Origin: Escherichia coli
Lineage (GTDB): Bacteria > Pseudomonadota > Gammaproteobacteria > Enterobacterales > Enterobacteriaceae
Reading direction: 5' to 3' (one strand)
Length of the DNA: 64,000 nucleotides
NCBI RefSeq assembly: GCF_003334385.1
Contig: NZ_QOWN01000020.1
Part shown: piece after piece, positions 22,871 through 33,672 of the stretch
Position numbering within the stretch: position 1 is the first letter of the stretch
Layout of the letters: every line of letters begins with the position of its first letter
The notes under the pieces: model-generated
Databases searched by the model: none
Told to the model about the DNA's origin: nothing
Seen by the model: the letters and a program-made list of their open reading frames with translations, nothing else
Made by a program: the position numbers and the translations under genes

Positions 22871-23332
22871 TGTTGTATCCTGTTTTTAAGTGATGGCGGC
22901 AGTATAGCGGCATGGGGTCAGGGCTTCAAAGTTTGCACCTCTGCGGCTGCGTTCCGGCACGATTCATCCGTCACCGGAATAATGATGTCTCTGTGTAGCG
23001 AAAGATTTGTCTCTTCATTAGGGCGCAGTTACACCACGTCTTTCCCTGTTTCTGGTAAACATTATGATCAGGTTTACCGAGCGAGCATCCTCACGCTGAC
23101 GGAACTAAAAAAGACAACAAACAAACCACATTGCGATAGTGCATAAAGCCATCCTGGCGCGAGGTGCCGATCACGAAACTACCAGCAAAACATAAATCCC
23201 CACGAGTAAGCGTTATACTCGCAGCATTTCCTCACTTTTCAGACTTCATAAAGAGTCGCTAAACGCTTGCTTTTACGTCTTCTCCTGCGATGATAGAAAG
23301 CAGAAAGCGATGAACTTTACAGGCAATCCATA

Positions 23333-23536
23333 ATGAAAAACGTGTTTAAGGCACTCACTGTATTACTTACTCTCTTCAGCCTGACGGGCTGCGGTCTGAA
23401 AGGTCCGCTCTATTTCCCGCCTGCAGATAAAAACGCACCGCCGCCGACCAAACCGGTAGAGACGCAAACGCAATCCACGGTGCCGGATAAAAACGATCGC
23501 GCCACTGGCGATGGTCCATCCCAGGTGAATTACTAA
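23333..23536 (+). CDS. yifL: small lipoprotein
   Basis: 67-aa ORF with signal peptide and lipobox LTGC; immediately upstream of dapF. Confidence 0.8.
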   Translation: MKNVFKALTVLLTLFSLTGCGLKGPLYFPPADKNAPPPTKPVETQTQSTVPDKNDRATGDGPSQVNY

Positions 23537-23572
23537 AAGTCAGTTTCTGTACCCGCGTGATTGGAGTAAATG

Positions 23573-24397
23573 ATGCAGTTCTCGAAAATGCATGGCCTTG
23601 GCAACGATTTTATGGTCGTCGACGCGGTAACGCAGAATGTCTTTTTTTCACCGGAGCTGATTCGTCGCCTGGCTGATCGGCACCTGGGGGTAGGGTTTGA
23701 CCAACTGCTGGTGGTTGAGCCGCCGTATGATCCTGAACTGGATTTTCACTATCGCATTTTCAATGCTGATGGCAGTGAAGTGGCGCAGTGCGGCAACGGT
23801 GCGCGCTGCTTTGCCCGTTTTGTGCGTCTGAAAGGACTGACCAATAAGCGTGATATCCGCGTCAGCACCGCCAACGGGCGGATGGTTCTGACCGTCACCG
23901 ATGATGATCTGGTCCGCGTAAATATGGGCGAACCCAACTTCGAACCTTCCGCCGTGCCGTTTCGCGCTAACAAAGCGGAAAAGACCTATATTATGCGCGC
24001 CGCCGAGCAGACAATCTTATGCGGCGTGGTGTCGATGGGAAATCCGCATTGCGTGATTCAGGTCGATGATGTCGATACCGCGGCGGTAGAAACGCTTGGT
24101 CCTGTTCTGGAAAGCCACGAGCGTTTTCCGGAGCGCGCCAATATCGGTTTTATGCAAGTGGTTAAGCGCGAGCATATTCGTTTACGCGTTTATGAGCGTG
24201 GGGCAGGAGAAACCCAGGCCTGCGGCAGCGGCGCGTGTGCGGCGGTTGCAGTAGGGATTCAGCAAGGTTTGCTGGCCGAAGAAGTACGCGTGGAACTCCC
24301 CGGCGGTCGTCTTGATATCGCCTGGAAAGGTCCGGGTCACCCGTTATATATGACTGGCCCGGCGGTACATGTCTACGACGGATTTATTCATCTATGA
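23573..24397 (+). CDS. dapF: diaminopimelate epimerase
   Basis: 274-aa ORF (start at second [16 protein letters not shown]); two catalytic Cys motifs (CGNGARC and CGSGACA). Confidence 0.94.
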
Positions 24398-25101
24398 AGC
24401 AACCAGGGGAAGAACTGCAGGAAACACTCACGGAGCTTGATGACCGGGCGGTTGTCGATTATCTGATTAAAAATCCTGAGTTTTTTATCCGTAATGCGCG
24501 CGCAGTAGAAGCGATACGTGTGCCGCATCCGGTACGCGGCACCGTTTCGTTGGTCGAGTGGCACATGGCCCGCGCACGTAATCATATTCATGTTCTGGAA
24601 GAGAACATGGCGCTGTTGATGGAACAGGCTATCGCCAACGAAGGCCTGTTTTATCGCCTACTCTACCTGCAGCGCAGTCTCACCGCCGCCAGCAGTCTCG
24701 ACGATATGCTGATGCGCTTTCACCGCTGGGCGCGCGATCTCGGCCTGGCAGGTGCGAGTCTGCGCCTGTTTCCGGATCGCTGGCGCTTAGGTGCGCCGTC
24801 GAACCACACTCATCTGGCATTAAGCCGTCAGTCTTTCGAACCGCTGCGTATTCAGCGTTTGGGGCAGGAACAGCACTATCTTGGGCCGCTTAACGGACCA
24901 GAGCTGCTGGTGGTGCTACCGGAAGCGAAAGCGGTGGGATCGGTGGCGATGTCGATGCTGGGAAGCGATGCTGATTTGGGTGTCGTGCTGTTTACCAGTC
25001 GCGATGCCAGTCACTATCAACAAGGGCAAGGAACGCAGTTACTTCATGAAATTGCGCTGATGTTGCCGGAGCTTCTGGAGCGTTGGATTGAACGCGTATG
25101 A
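24394..25101 (+). CDS. yigA: DUF484-family protein
   Basis: 235-aa ORF; 4-nt overlap with dapF; synteny in dapF-yigA-xerC-yigB operon. Confidence 0.88.
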
Positions 25102-25994
25102 CCGATTTACACACCGATGTAGAACGCTACCTACGTTATCTGAGCGTGGAGCGCCAGCTTAGCCCGATAACCCTGCTTAACTACCAGCGTCAGCTTGAGG
25201 CGATCATCAATTTTGCCAGCGAAAACGGCCTGCAAAGCTGGCAGCAATGTGATGTGACGATGGTGCGCAATTTTGCTGTACGCAGTCGCCGTAAAGGGCT
25301 GGGAGCAGCAAGTCTGGCGTTACGGCTTTCTGCGCTACGTAGCTTTTTTGACTGGCTGGTCAGCCAGAACGAACTCAAAGCTAACCCGGCGAAAGGTGTT
25401 TCGGCACCGAAAGCGCCGCGTCATCTGCCGAAAAACATCGACGTCGACGATATGAATCGGCTGCTGGATATTGATATCAATGATCCCCTCGCTGTACGCG
25501 ACCGTGCAATGCTGGAAGTGATGTACGGCGCGGGTCTGCGTCTTTCTGAGCTGGTGGGGCTGGATATTAAACACCTCGACCTGGAGTCTGGTGAAGTGTG
25601 GGTTATGGGGAAAGGCAGCAAAGAGCGCCGCCTGCCGATTGGTCGCAACGCTGTGGCGTGGATTGAGCACTGGCTTGATTTGCGCGACCTGTTTGGTAGC
25701 GAAGACGACGCGCTTTTTCTGTCGAAACTGGGCAAGCGTATCTCCGCGCGTAATGTGCAGAAACGCTTTGCCGAATGGGGCATAAAACAAGGGCTGAATA
25801 ATCACGTTCATCCGCATAAATTACGTCACTCGTTCGCCACGCATATGCTGGAGTCGAGCGGCGATCTTCGTGGTGTGCAGGAGCTGCTGGGTCATGCCAA
25901 CCTCTCCACCACGCAAATCTATACTCATCTTGATTTTCAACACCTTGCCTCGGTTTACGATGCGGCGCATCCACGCGCCAAACGGGGGAAATAA
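25098..25994 (+). CDS. xerC: tyrosine recombinase XerC (chromosome dimer resolution)
   Basis: 298-aa ORF; C-terminal tyrosine-recombinase motifs [12 protein letters not shown] and [14 protein letters not shown]. Confidence 0.95.
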
Positions 25995-26710
25995 TGCGTT
26001 TTTACCGGCCTTTGGGGCGCATCTCGGCGCTCACCTTTGACTTGGATGATACCCTTTACGATAACCGTCCGGTGATTTTGCGCACCGAGCGAGAGGCGCT
26101 TACCTTTGTGCAAAATTATCATCCGGCGCTGCGCAGCTTCCAGAATGAAGATCTGCAACGCCTGCGCCAGGCGGTACGGGAAGCGGAACCCGAGATTTAT
26201 CACGACGTGACGCGCTGGCGTTTTCGTTCGATTGAACAAGCGATGCTCGACGCCGGGCTGAGTGCCGAAGAAGCCAGTGCAGGCGCACACGCAGCAATGA
26301 TCAACTTTGCCAAATGGCGCAGCCGAATCGACGTCCCGCAGCAAACTCACGACACCTTAAAACAGCTGGCGAAGAAATGGCCGCTGGTGGCGATCACCAA
26401 CGGTAACGCCCAGCCGGAGCTGTTTGGTTTGGGGGATTATTTTGAGTTTGTGCTGCGCGCTGGCCCGCACGGGCGCTCAAAACCGTTCAGCGATATGTAC
26501 TTTTTGGCTGCGGAAAAACTCAACGTGCCGATCGGCGAGATCTTACATGTTGGGGACGATCTCACCACTGACGTGGGTGGGGCAATTCGCAGCGGAATGC
26601 AGGCTTGTTGGATCAGACCGGAAAATGGCGATCTGATGCAAACCTGGGACAGCCGTTTACTGCCGCATCTGGAAATTTCCCGGTTGGCATCTCTGACCTC
26701 GCTGATATAA
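25994..26710 (+). CDS. yigB: HAD-family phosphatase (FMN/5-amino-6-ribitylaminouracil phosphate phosphatase)
   Basis: 238-aa ORF with HAD motif [10 protein letters not shown] near N-terminus. Confidence 0.9.
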
Positions 26711-26719
26711 TCAGCAAAT

Positions 26720-26735
26720 CTGTATATATACCCAG
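26720..26735. promoter_or_regulatory. LexA (SOS) box upstream of uvrD
   Basis: CTGTATATATACCCAG matches CTG-N10-CAG LexA consensus, about 60 bp upstream of uvrD start. Confidence 0.85.
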
Positions 26736-26793
26736 CTTTTTGGCGGAGGGCGTTGCGCTTCTCCGCCCAACCTATTTTTACGCGGCGGTGCCA

Positions 26794-28956
26794 ATGGACG
26801 TTTCTTACCTGCTCGACAGCCTTAATGACAAACAGCGCGAAGCGGTGGCCGCGCCACGCAGCAACCTTCTGGTGCTGGCGGGCGCGGGCAGTGGTAAGAC
26901 GCGCGTACTGGTGCATCGTATCGCCTGGTTGATGAGCGTGGAAAACTGCTCGCCATACTCGATTATGGCGGTGACGTTTACCAACAAAGCGGCGGCGGAG
27001 ATGCGTCATCGTATCGGGCAACTGATGGGCACGAGCCAGGGCGGTATGTGGGTCGGCACCTTCCACGGGCTGGCGCACCGTTTGCTGCGTGCGCACCATA
27101 TGGACGCCAATCTGCCGCAGGATTTCCAGATCCTCGACAGTGAAGACCAGCTACGCCTGCTTAAGCGTCTGATCAAAGCCATGAACCTCGACGAGAAGCA
27201 GTGGCCGCCGCGGCAGGCAATGTGGTACATCAACAGCCAGAAAGATGAAGGCCTGCGTCCGCATCATATTCAAAGCTACGGTAATCCGGTGGAGCAGACC
27301 TGGCAGAAGGTGTATCAGGCGTATCAGGAAGCGTGTGACCGCGCGGGCCTGGTGGACTTCGCCGAGCTGCTGCTGCGCGCTCACGAGTTGTGGCTTAACA
27401 AGCCGCATATCCTGCAACACTACCGCGAACGTTTTACCAATATCCTGGTGGACGAATTCCAGGATACCAACAACATTCAGTACGCGTGGATCCGCCTGCT
27501 GGCGGGCGACACCGGCAAAGTGATGATCGTCGGTGATGACGACCAGTCAATCTACGGCTGGCGCGGGGCGCAGGTGGAGAATATTCAGCGTTTCCTTAAT
27601 GATTTCCCCGGTGCCGAAACTATTCGTCTGGAGCAAAACTACCGCTCTACCAGCAATATTCTGAGCGCCGCTAACGCCCTGATTGAAAACAATAACGGGC
27701 GTCTGGGTAAAAAACTGTGGACCGATGGCGCGGACGGTGAGCCTATTTCCCTCTATTGCGCTTTTAACGAACTCGATGAAGCGCGTTTTGTGGTTAACCG
27801 CATCAAAACCTGGCAGGACAACGGCGGAGCGCTTGCCGAGTGCGCCATTCTCTACCGCAGCAACGCCCAGTCGCGGGTGCTCGAAGAGGCGTTATTGCAG
27901 GCCAGTATGCCGTACCGTATTTACGGCGGGATGCGCTTCTTCGAACGCCAGGAAATCAAAGATGCGCTCTCGTATCTGCGCCTGATTGCCAACCGCAACG
28001 ACGACGCGGCCTTTGAGCGTGTGGTGAATACGCCAACGCGGGGTATTGGTGACCGGACGCTGGACGTGGTACGTCAGACATCGCGCGATCGCCAGTTAAC
28101 ACTCTGGCAGGCATGTCGTGAGCTGTTGCAGGAAAAAGCCCTCGCCGGGCGAGCTGCCAGCGCCTTGCAGCGATTTATGGAATTAATCGACGCCTTAGCG
28201 CAGGAAACTGCCGATATGCCGCTGCATGTACAGACTGACCGGGTAATTAAAGACTCCGGCCTGCGTACCATGTATGAGCAGGAGAAGGGCGAAAAAGGTC
28301 AGACGCGTATCGAAAACTTAGAGGAACTGGTGACGGCAACGCGCCAGTTCAGCTACAACGAAGAAGACGAAGATTTAATGCCGCTGCAGGCGTTCCTCTC
28401 CCATGCGGCACTGGAAGCAGGTGAAGGGCAGGCGGATACCTGGCAGGATGCGGTGCAGTTGATGACGCTACACTCGGCGAAAGGCCTGGAGTTCCCGCAG
28501 GTGTTTATCGTTGGTATGGAAGAGGGCATGTTCCCAAGCCAGATGTCGCTGGATGAAGGCGGGCGTCTGGAAGAAGAACGCCGTCTGGCCTACGTTGGCG
28601 TAACCCGCGCGATGCAGAAACTGACGCTGACCTACGCGGAAACCCGCCGTCTGTATGGTAAAGAGGTTTACCATCGCCCGTCGCGCTTTATCGGCGAGCT
28701 GCCGGAAGAGTGTGTGGAAGAGGTGCGCCTGCGCGCCACGGTAAGCCGCCCGGTCAGCCATCAGCGGATGGGTACGCCGATGGTCGAGAACGACAGCGGC
28801 TACAAGCTCGGCCAGCGCGTACGCCACGCTAAGTTTGGTGAAGGCACCATTGTCAATATGGAAGGCAGCGGTGAGCATAGCCGTTTGCAGGTGGCATTTC
28901 AGGGCCAGGGTATTAAATGGCTGGTGGCGGCATACGCCCGGCTGGAGTCGGTGTAA
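26794..28956 (+). CDS. uvrD: DNA helicase II (UvrD, SF1 3'-5' helicase)
   Basis: 720-aa ORF from ATG at 26794 (MDVSYLLDSLNDKQREAV); Walker A GAGSGKT; the ORF-track extension to 26605 overlaps yigB and is not credible. Confidence 0.95.
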   Translation: MDVSYLLDSLNDKQREAVAAPRSNLLVLAGAGSGKTRVLVHRIAWLMSVENCSPYSIMAVTFTNKAAAEMRHRIGQLMGTSQGGMWVGTFHGLAHRLLRAHHMDANLPQDFQILDSEDQLRLLKRLIKAMNLDEKQWPPRQAMWYINSQKDEGLRPHHIQSYGNPVEQTWQKVYQAYQEACDRAGLVDFAELLLRAHELWLNKPHILQHYRERFTNILVDEFQDTNNIQYAWIRLLAGDTGKVMIVGDDDQSIYGWRGAQVENIQRFLNDFPGAETIRLEQNYRSTSNILSAANALIENNNGRLGKKLWTDGADGEPISLYCAFNELDEARFVVNRIKTWQDNGGALAECAILYRSNAQSRVLEEALLQASMPYRIYGGMRFFERQEIKDALSYLRLIANRNDDAAFERVVNTPTRGIGDRTLDVVRQTSRDRQLTLWQACRELLQEKALAGRAASALQRFMELIDALAQETADMPLHVQTDRVIKDSGLRTMYEQEKGEKGQTRIENLEELVTATRQFSYNEEDEDLMPLQAFLSHAALEAGEGQADTWQDAVQLMTLHSAKGLEFPQVFIVGMEEGMFPSQMSLDEGGRLEEERRLAYVGVTRAMQKLTLTYAETRRLYGKEVYHRPSRFIGELPEECVEEVRLRATVSRPVSHQRMGTPMVENDSGYKLGQRVRHAKFGEGTIVNMEGSGEHSRLQVAFQGQGIKWLVAAYARLESV

Positions 28957-28960
28957 CGTT

Positions 28961-29064
28961 GCCGGATGCGGTGCTGCGCACCTTATTTGGCCTAAAAAAT
29001 CATTCAGATTCAATAAATTGCAACGTCATGTAGGCCGGATAGGGCGTTTACGCCGCATCCGGCA
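28961..29064. repeat. BIME/REP element pair with central CAATAAATTGCA motif
   Basis: GCCGGATGCGGTGCTGCGCACCTTATTTGGCC and inverted GTAGGCCGGATAGGGCGTTTACGCCGCATCCGGCA. Confidence 0.85.
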
Positions 29065-29102
29065 TCTGCGCCATCTTCAGTATCTGACACAAAACTATCG
29101 TT

Positions 29103-29867
29103 TTAACCTTTCCGCTCGACGGAAATCATGGTGACAAAAGGATAGCGTTGCCACGGGATTGCCCCGCCTTTCATATACATATGTGAAATCGTGCCATCAA
29201 GATAAAGCAGCTGCTCAACGTTCAGTTTCGCTTTGGCATAACAGGCAAAATCATAAAAATTTGTTGCCTGCTGGCTCAACAAAAACACGGCGTTCCCATG
29301 TTTATTAATCCCAACACCGTTACGAATTTTGCTTGAGGCGACGTTGGGATGAATACGCGGATTAATTACACCGTTTTCCATCAACATTGGCCCTGACTGC
29401 ACCGCAAACTGAATCTCTTTACTGGTTTTGAAGGCATCCAGACGAACGATGCCGACTTTATCTCCCGCGACATAAAACACGCCGCCAGGACGGATAAAGA
29501 AATTCCCTTCACCTGAAGCGAGATTTAACGCCACCTTCTGCTGACCGTTTTCGATGTACAAACCGAGCGGCGCATAGCTTTCATCATAGATGCCGCCGTT
29601 CATCGCCATCTGCACCTGACCCTGACTATTAATATCCGCCAGCAGAGCATGTAACGTTCCCCACGCTTCGCCATTGGCTTTTTGCCAGTACATTTTCACC
29701 CGCTCTGTTTGAGGATTAACGGTATACGCCTGTACGGTCAGCGTCGGATCTGAGAGTGCGCAATCATCAGCGGCAACAGCAAACAAGGGAAGTAAGGTGA
29801 GGGCGAGAAAAATCCGTTTGAGATTCAAGGTGATCATTCCTTTACCAATGAGTAGCTGATGCGCCAT
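29103..29867 (-). CDS. yigE: DUF2233-family secreted protein
   Basis: 254-aa ORF with N-terminal signal peptide; synteny between uvrD and corA. Confidence 0.85.
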   Translation of the reverse strand: MAHQLLIGKGMITLNLKRIFLALTLLPLFAVAADDCALSDPTLTVQAYTVNPQTERVKMYWQKANGEAWGTLHALLADINSQGQVQMAMNGGIYDESYAPLGLYIENGQQKVALNLASGEGNFFIRPGGVFYVAGDKVGIVRLDAFKTSKEIQFAVQSGPMLMENGVINPRIHPNVASSKIRNGVGINKHGNAVFLLSQQATNFYDFACYAKAKLNVEQLLYLDGTISHMYMKGGAIPWQRYPFVTMISVERKG

Positions 29868-30236
29868 TATAGGTCCTGGATGTGGGATTTTTTTATCCTG
29901 TTAGCGACCTTGACGAGTACCAAAAAGCGCGAAGTTCAACTATTGTTCTGTGGTGTTCTGTTGCGTGTTGACGGCAAAATTTTGCTGGCGTAACATGCGC
30001 GCACGATCACTCTAAGAGGACATTCGCCTTGGACACACCCAGTAGATACTGGCTCACTATCCTGTCATCCAGGATCAACTCCTAAGGCTATCCCTTTTTG
30101 CTGATAGCCTTAGCGGTTGTCAGCGACCTCAATTTTTCCCGTCGCGCTGAGTCAGGCTGTTTAATGGTCTGAAACCCAATTTGTTTCTGTGTGCCCACCG
30201 AACTGTCCGATATTTTAAGCATTGGGAGTCCCGGTC

Positions 30237-31187
30237 ATGCTGAGCGCATTTCAACTGGAAAATAACCGACTGACCCGGCTGGAAGTCGAAGAGTCACAAC
30301 CCCTTGTAAATGCAGTATGGATTGATCTTGTCGAACCGGACGACGACGAGCGACTGCGCGTACAATCTGAACTTGGCCAGAGCCTGGCAACCCGCCCGGA
30401 ACTGGAAGACATCGAAGCATCGGCACGTTTCTTTGAAGACGACGACGGCCTGCATATTCACTCCTTCTTCTTCTTTGAAGATGCGGAAGATCACGCCGGT
30501 AACTCCACTGTGGCATTTACCATCCGTGATGGTCGTCTGTTTACTCTGCGTGAGCGTGAACTGCCCGCTTTTCGTCTGTATCGTATGCGTGCCCGTAGCC
30601 AGTCGATGGTAGACGGTAACGCCTACGAGTTGCTGCTGGATCTGTTCGAAACCAAAATCGAACAGTTGGCAGATGAAATTGAAAATATCTATAGCGACCT
30701 GGAGCAGTTGAGCCGGGTGATTATGGAAGGGCATCAGGGCGATGAGTACGACGAGGCGCTCTCCACTCTGGCGGAACTGGAAGATATCGGCTGGAAAGTT
30801 CGCCTGTGTCTGATGGATACCCAGCGCGCGCTCAACTTCCTGGTGCGTAAAGCGCGTTTACCGGGTGGGCAACTGGAGCAGGCGCGTGAAATCCTGCGAG
30901 ATATCGAATCCCTGCTGCCGCATAACGAATCCCTGTTCCAGAAGGTGAACTTCCTGATGCAGGCGGCAATGGGTTTTATCAACATCGAGCAGAACCGCAT
31001 CATCAAAATCTTCTCGGTGGTATCCGTGGTATTCCTGCCGCCGACGCTCGTTGCTTCCAGCTATGGCATGAACTTTGAGTTTATGCCAGAACTGAAGTGG
31101 AGCTTCGGCTACCCTGGCGCGATTATCTTTATGATCCTCGCGGGCCTGGCACCGTATCTGTACTTTAAGCGGAAGAACTGGTTGTAA
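30237..31187 (+). CDS. corA: magnesium/cobalt transporter CorA
   Basis: 316-aa ORF (start [10 protein letters not shown]); C-terminal two TM helices and the signature YGMNF motif. Confidence 0.95.
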   Translation: MLSAFQLENNRLTRLEVEESQPLVNAVWIDLVEPDDDERLRVQSELGQSLATRPELEDIEASARFFEDDDGLHIHSFFFFEDAEDHAGNSTVAFTIRDGRLFTLRERELPAFRLYRMRARSQSMVDGNAYELLLDLFETKIEQLADEIENIYSDLEQLSRVIMEGHQGDEYDEALSTLAELEDIGWKVRLCLMDTQRALNFLVRKARLPGGQLEQAREILRDIESLLPHNESLFQKVNFLMQAAMGFINIEQNRIIKIFSVVSVVFLPPTLVASSYGMNFEFMPELKWSFGYPGAIIFMILAGLAPYLYFKRKNWL

Positions 31188-31198
31188 AAAACGAGAGC

Positions 31199-31223
31199 GG
31201 TGGCTTAGTCTGGCTAAGCCACC
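31199..31223. terminator. hairpin between convergent corA and yigF (probable bidirectional terminator)
   Basis: GGTGGCTTAG-TCTGG-CTAAGCCACC palindrome; T-run on minus strand side, weak T-run on plus side. Confidence 0.55.
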
Positions 31224-31229
31224 TGTTAT

Positions 31230-31610
31230 TCAAAGGCTCCAGGTATTTAACCCTTTTACCTCTTTCTCATAGAACCATTTGTTCGTGTTAACAGCAACAT
31301 AGGCTGCTACGGCAATTCCCAGAATGTTAACGCCAATTAGTGCACCAACAAATAGAGATAGAATACCAAGTAATAGAACTATAATTGCTTTTTTCCATAA
31401 CCCCAGGACAAATAAATATATCCAGGAACAGAAGAAAGCAATGAAATTCATTTGAATAGTTAAGCGTTGTCTTACTTTTAATGCTTTAAATGCTGCTTTA
31501 TATTCTGGTGTTGCCCCCCAGAATCCAGGAAAACCATGTTGATCATAAAAATTAAATCGGTATTTCCATTTTTCACTTAATGAACCATCGTTCATATATT
31601 CCTTACTCAT
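31230..31610 (-). CDS. yigF: small inner membrane protein, DUF2628 family
   Basis: ORF trimmed to MSKEYMNDGSL start (126 aa); two hydrophobic helices; AT-rich codon usage. Confidence 0.7.
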   Translation of the reverse strand: MSKEYMNDGSLSEKWKYRFNFYDQHGFPGFWGATPEYKAAFKALKVRQRLTIQMNFIAFFCSWIYLFVLGLWKKAIIVLLLGILSLFVGALIGVNILGIAVAAYVAVNTNKWFYEKEVKGLNTWSL

Positions 31611-31623
31611 AAATACTCCATAA

Positions 31624-32004
31624 CTATTGTTTTGATGAATCAGTAGGTGCAAGCATTAGCATACTGAAAGTGGAAAAATAACAAATCAAAAAAATCATCG
31701 AACCATTGCCTGAACAGGCAAAATCTTCGGCTATCATTGTGATGATAGAGATGATATATACTGCTAATGTACCAAAAACATAAGTTTTTATATAGATGAA
31801 ACCACTATCACGGAGTCGCTGGCAATTCATGTTGATGACGAGATAATGGAGTACGATGGTAGAGACTATAACAAGAAAGCCTGCTTCTCCATCGTTAAAA
31901 AAGATAATAAGAAAGGCAAAAATGAAATTTATTAAAATAAATGAAAATATATAACGACGTCTGGAAATCTTACCGTTAGATGTTGGGATAAATATACGTA
32001 ACAT
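31624..32004 (-). CDS. yigG: small inner membrane protein of unknown function
   Basis: ORF trimmed to [12 protein letters not shown] start (about 126 aa); hydrophobic; AT-rich; start is uncertain. Confidence 0.65.
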
Positions 32005-32098
32005 AAATTTTACATCCTTGTATGAGTCTCCGGTCAGCATGGCAATATGCCCACTCTCATGCAAGAGTCGGCATATTTTTTCAGAATATATTTATTTT

Positions 32099-32989
32099 TT
32101 ATTTGGACGTTCTACGCTGCGTATAAATCGCATCCATCACAAAAATTGCCAGCGCCACCCAAATAAAGGCGAAAGTCACCATCTTATCGGCACCCGGTTT
32201 TTCACCATAAAACGTCACAGCCAGCAGGAACATCAGCGTCGGGCCAATGTACTGGAAAAAGCCTAACGTTGAGAGACGCAAGCGCGTGGCAGCGGCGGTA
32301 AAACACAACAGCGGTACGGTAGTGACAATACCGGCGGCGATCAGCAGTAAATTCAGCGACATCGGGTTTTGCCCCATATGGCTGGTTGAGCTGTCGGCAA
32401 TAGCAAACAGGTAAATTGCCGCCACGGGCAGCAGCCACATGGTTTCGATTAACATGCCGGTTTGCGCTTCAACGGCAATCTTCTTGCGTACCAGACCGTA
32501 GAAGGCAAAACTAAATGCCAGTCCCAGCGCGATAATAGGTAGCGAACCAAAAGTCCACAGCTGGACTAACACGCCACATATCGCCAGAATCACCGCCAGC
32601 CATTGCATCCGGCGGAATCGCTCGCCGAGGAAAATCATCCCCAGCACAATGTTCACCAGCGGGTTAATAAAGTAACCAAGGCTCGCTTCCAGCATATGGT
32701 GATTGTTCACCGCCCAGATAAACAGTAGCCAGTTGCCACCAATCAGCACGGCAGAGACTGCCAGCATAAAAATTTTCTGTGGCGTCTGAATCAGCGTTTT
32801 TAAATAGGACCACTGGCGGCAAATGCTCATCAGCACCACCATAAAGAAAAACGACCAGATCACGCGATGCGTCAGGATTTCATCGGCGGGCACGTAGTAA
32901 ATCAACTTGAAGTACGCTGGCGCTATACCCCAAATAAAATAAGCGGCAAGAGCGAGTAATACGCCCTGCCGCGTTTGTTTTGCATCCAT
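32099..32989 (-). CDS. rarD: RarD, EamA/DMT-family transporter
   Basis: 296-aa polytopic ORF; DMT superfamily features. Confidence 0.9.
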   Translation of the reverse strand: MDAKQTRQGVLLALAAYFIWGIAPAYFKLIYYVPADEILTHRVIWSFFFMVVLMSICRQWSYLKTLIQTPQKIFMLAVSAVLIGGNWLLFIWAVNNHHMLEASLGYFINPLVNIVLGMIFLGERFRRMQWLAVILAICGVLVQLWTFGSLPIIALGLAFSFAFYGLVRKKIAVEAQTGMLIETMWLLPVAAIYLFAIADSSTSHMGQNPMSLNLLLIAAGIVTTVPLLCFTAAATRLRLSTLGFFQYIGPTLMFLLAVTFYGEKPGADKMVTFAFIWVALAIFVMDAIYTQRRTSK

Positions 32990-33040
32990 CGGGAATACTC
33001 ATTTTTAATTGGTAACAGCAGTTTACCTGCTTTTATGTCT

Positions 33041-33508
33041 TCAACCTACCATATAGGTGGCGGTGGCACTGGCAATATAAAGCTGTTCTTCATTGTGTAA
33101 TTCAACGCGGGCGACGGCGACTTTATTGCCTGCACGCAACAGGCTACTAGTAGCAGTAAAACGCTCGCCCCTGCCTGGGCGCAGATAATCAACGCGAAGA
33201 TCAATGGTCCCCATCCGCGATAGCCGCTGGCGTAGTTCATCTTCACTGATGGTTTCGTGGCGGGTTAAGGTACTTCCCACGCACACCAGACCGGCGGCGA
33301 CATCCAGCGCCGACGCAATGACCCCGCCGTGCAAAATGCTTTGCGCCCAGTTGCCCACCATCATTGGCTGATTTTTAAAGGCCAGCTGTGCGAACTCTTT
33401 TTCGTAACGCTCCAGTTCCATCCCCAATGCGCGGTTAAATGGCATGTGATAAACAAACATCTCACCCACTAATTTCAGGGCTTGTTCAGCGGTCAGTACG
33501 GCAGACAT
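33041..33508 (-). CDS. yigI: hotdog-fold thioesterase (PaaI-like)
   Basis: 155-aa ORF from [13 protein letters not shown]; thioesterase-like core. Confidence 0.85.
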   Translation of the reverse strand: MSAVLTAEQALKLVGEMFVYHMPFNRALGMELERYEKEFAQLAFKNQPMMVGNWAQSILHGGVIASALDVAAGLVCVGSTLTRHETISEDELRQRLSRMGTIDLRVDYLRPGRGERFTATSSLLRAGNKVAVARVELHNEEQLYIASATATYMVG

Positions 33509-33672
33509 ATCATCCTTACACTTCATTGGTTAATGAAATGTTGATTTTATGCTTCTTTGTTGTTGGTTTCTACTTTAGGAAGGGATAACTAACGGCTATG
33601 GAGTTAAGTATGTAAAATAGCCCGCAGAAAAATATTCACCTTATCAATAATTCGTTACGGAGAACACGACCG

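Noticed and set aside
22661-23146. 161-aa plus-strand ORF spanning the cyaY 5' region and intergenic DNA
   Set aside because: It overlaps cyaY in antisense for its first half, has no RBS, and its composition is not protein-like; treated as spurious.
25098-25994. Tyrosine recombinase as evidence of an integrated mobile element or integron
   Set aside because: It is xerC in its conserved dapF-yigA-xerC-yigB operon; there is no adjacent attachment site, tRNA, cargo or phage genes.
26605-26793. N-terminal extension of uvrD (783-aa ORF-track call starting at 26605)
   Set aside because: The extension overlaps the 3' end of yigB and runs through the LexA box; the UvrD N-terminus MDVSYLLDSLNDKQ begins at ATG 26794.
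31230-32064. yigF/yigG as a toxin-antitoxin or small defence module
   Set aside because: Both products are hydrophobic membrane proteins without a nuclease, kinase or DNA-binding partner; the pair shows no TA-like size asymmetry or autoregulatory HTH. Function remains unknown but a defence role is unsupported.
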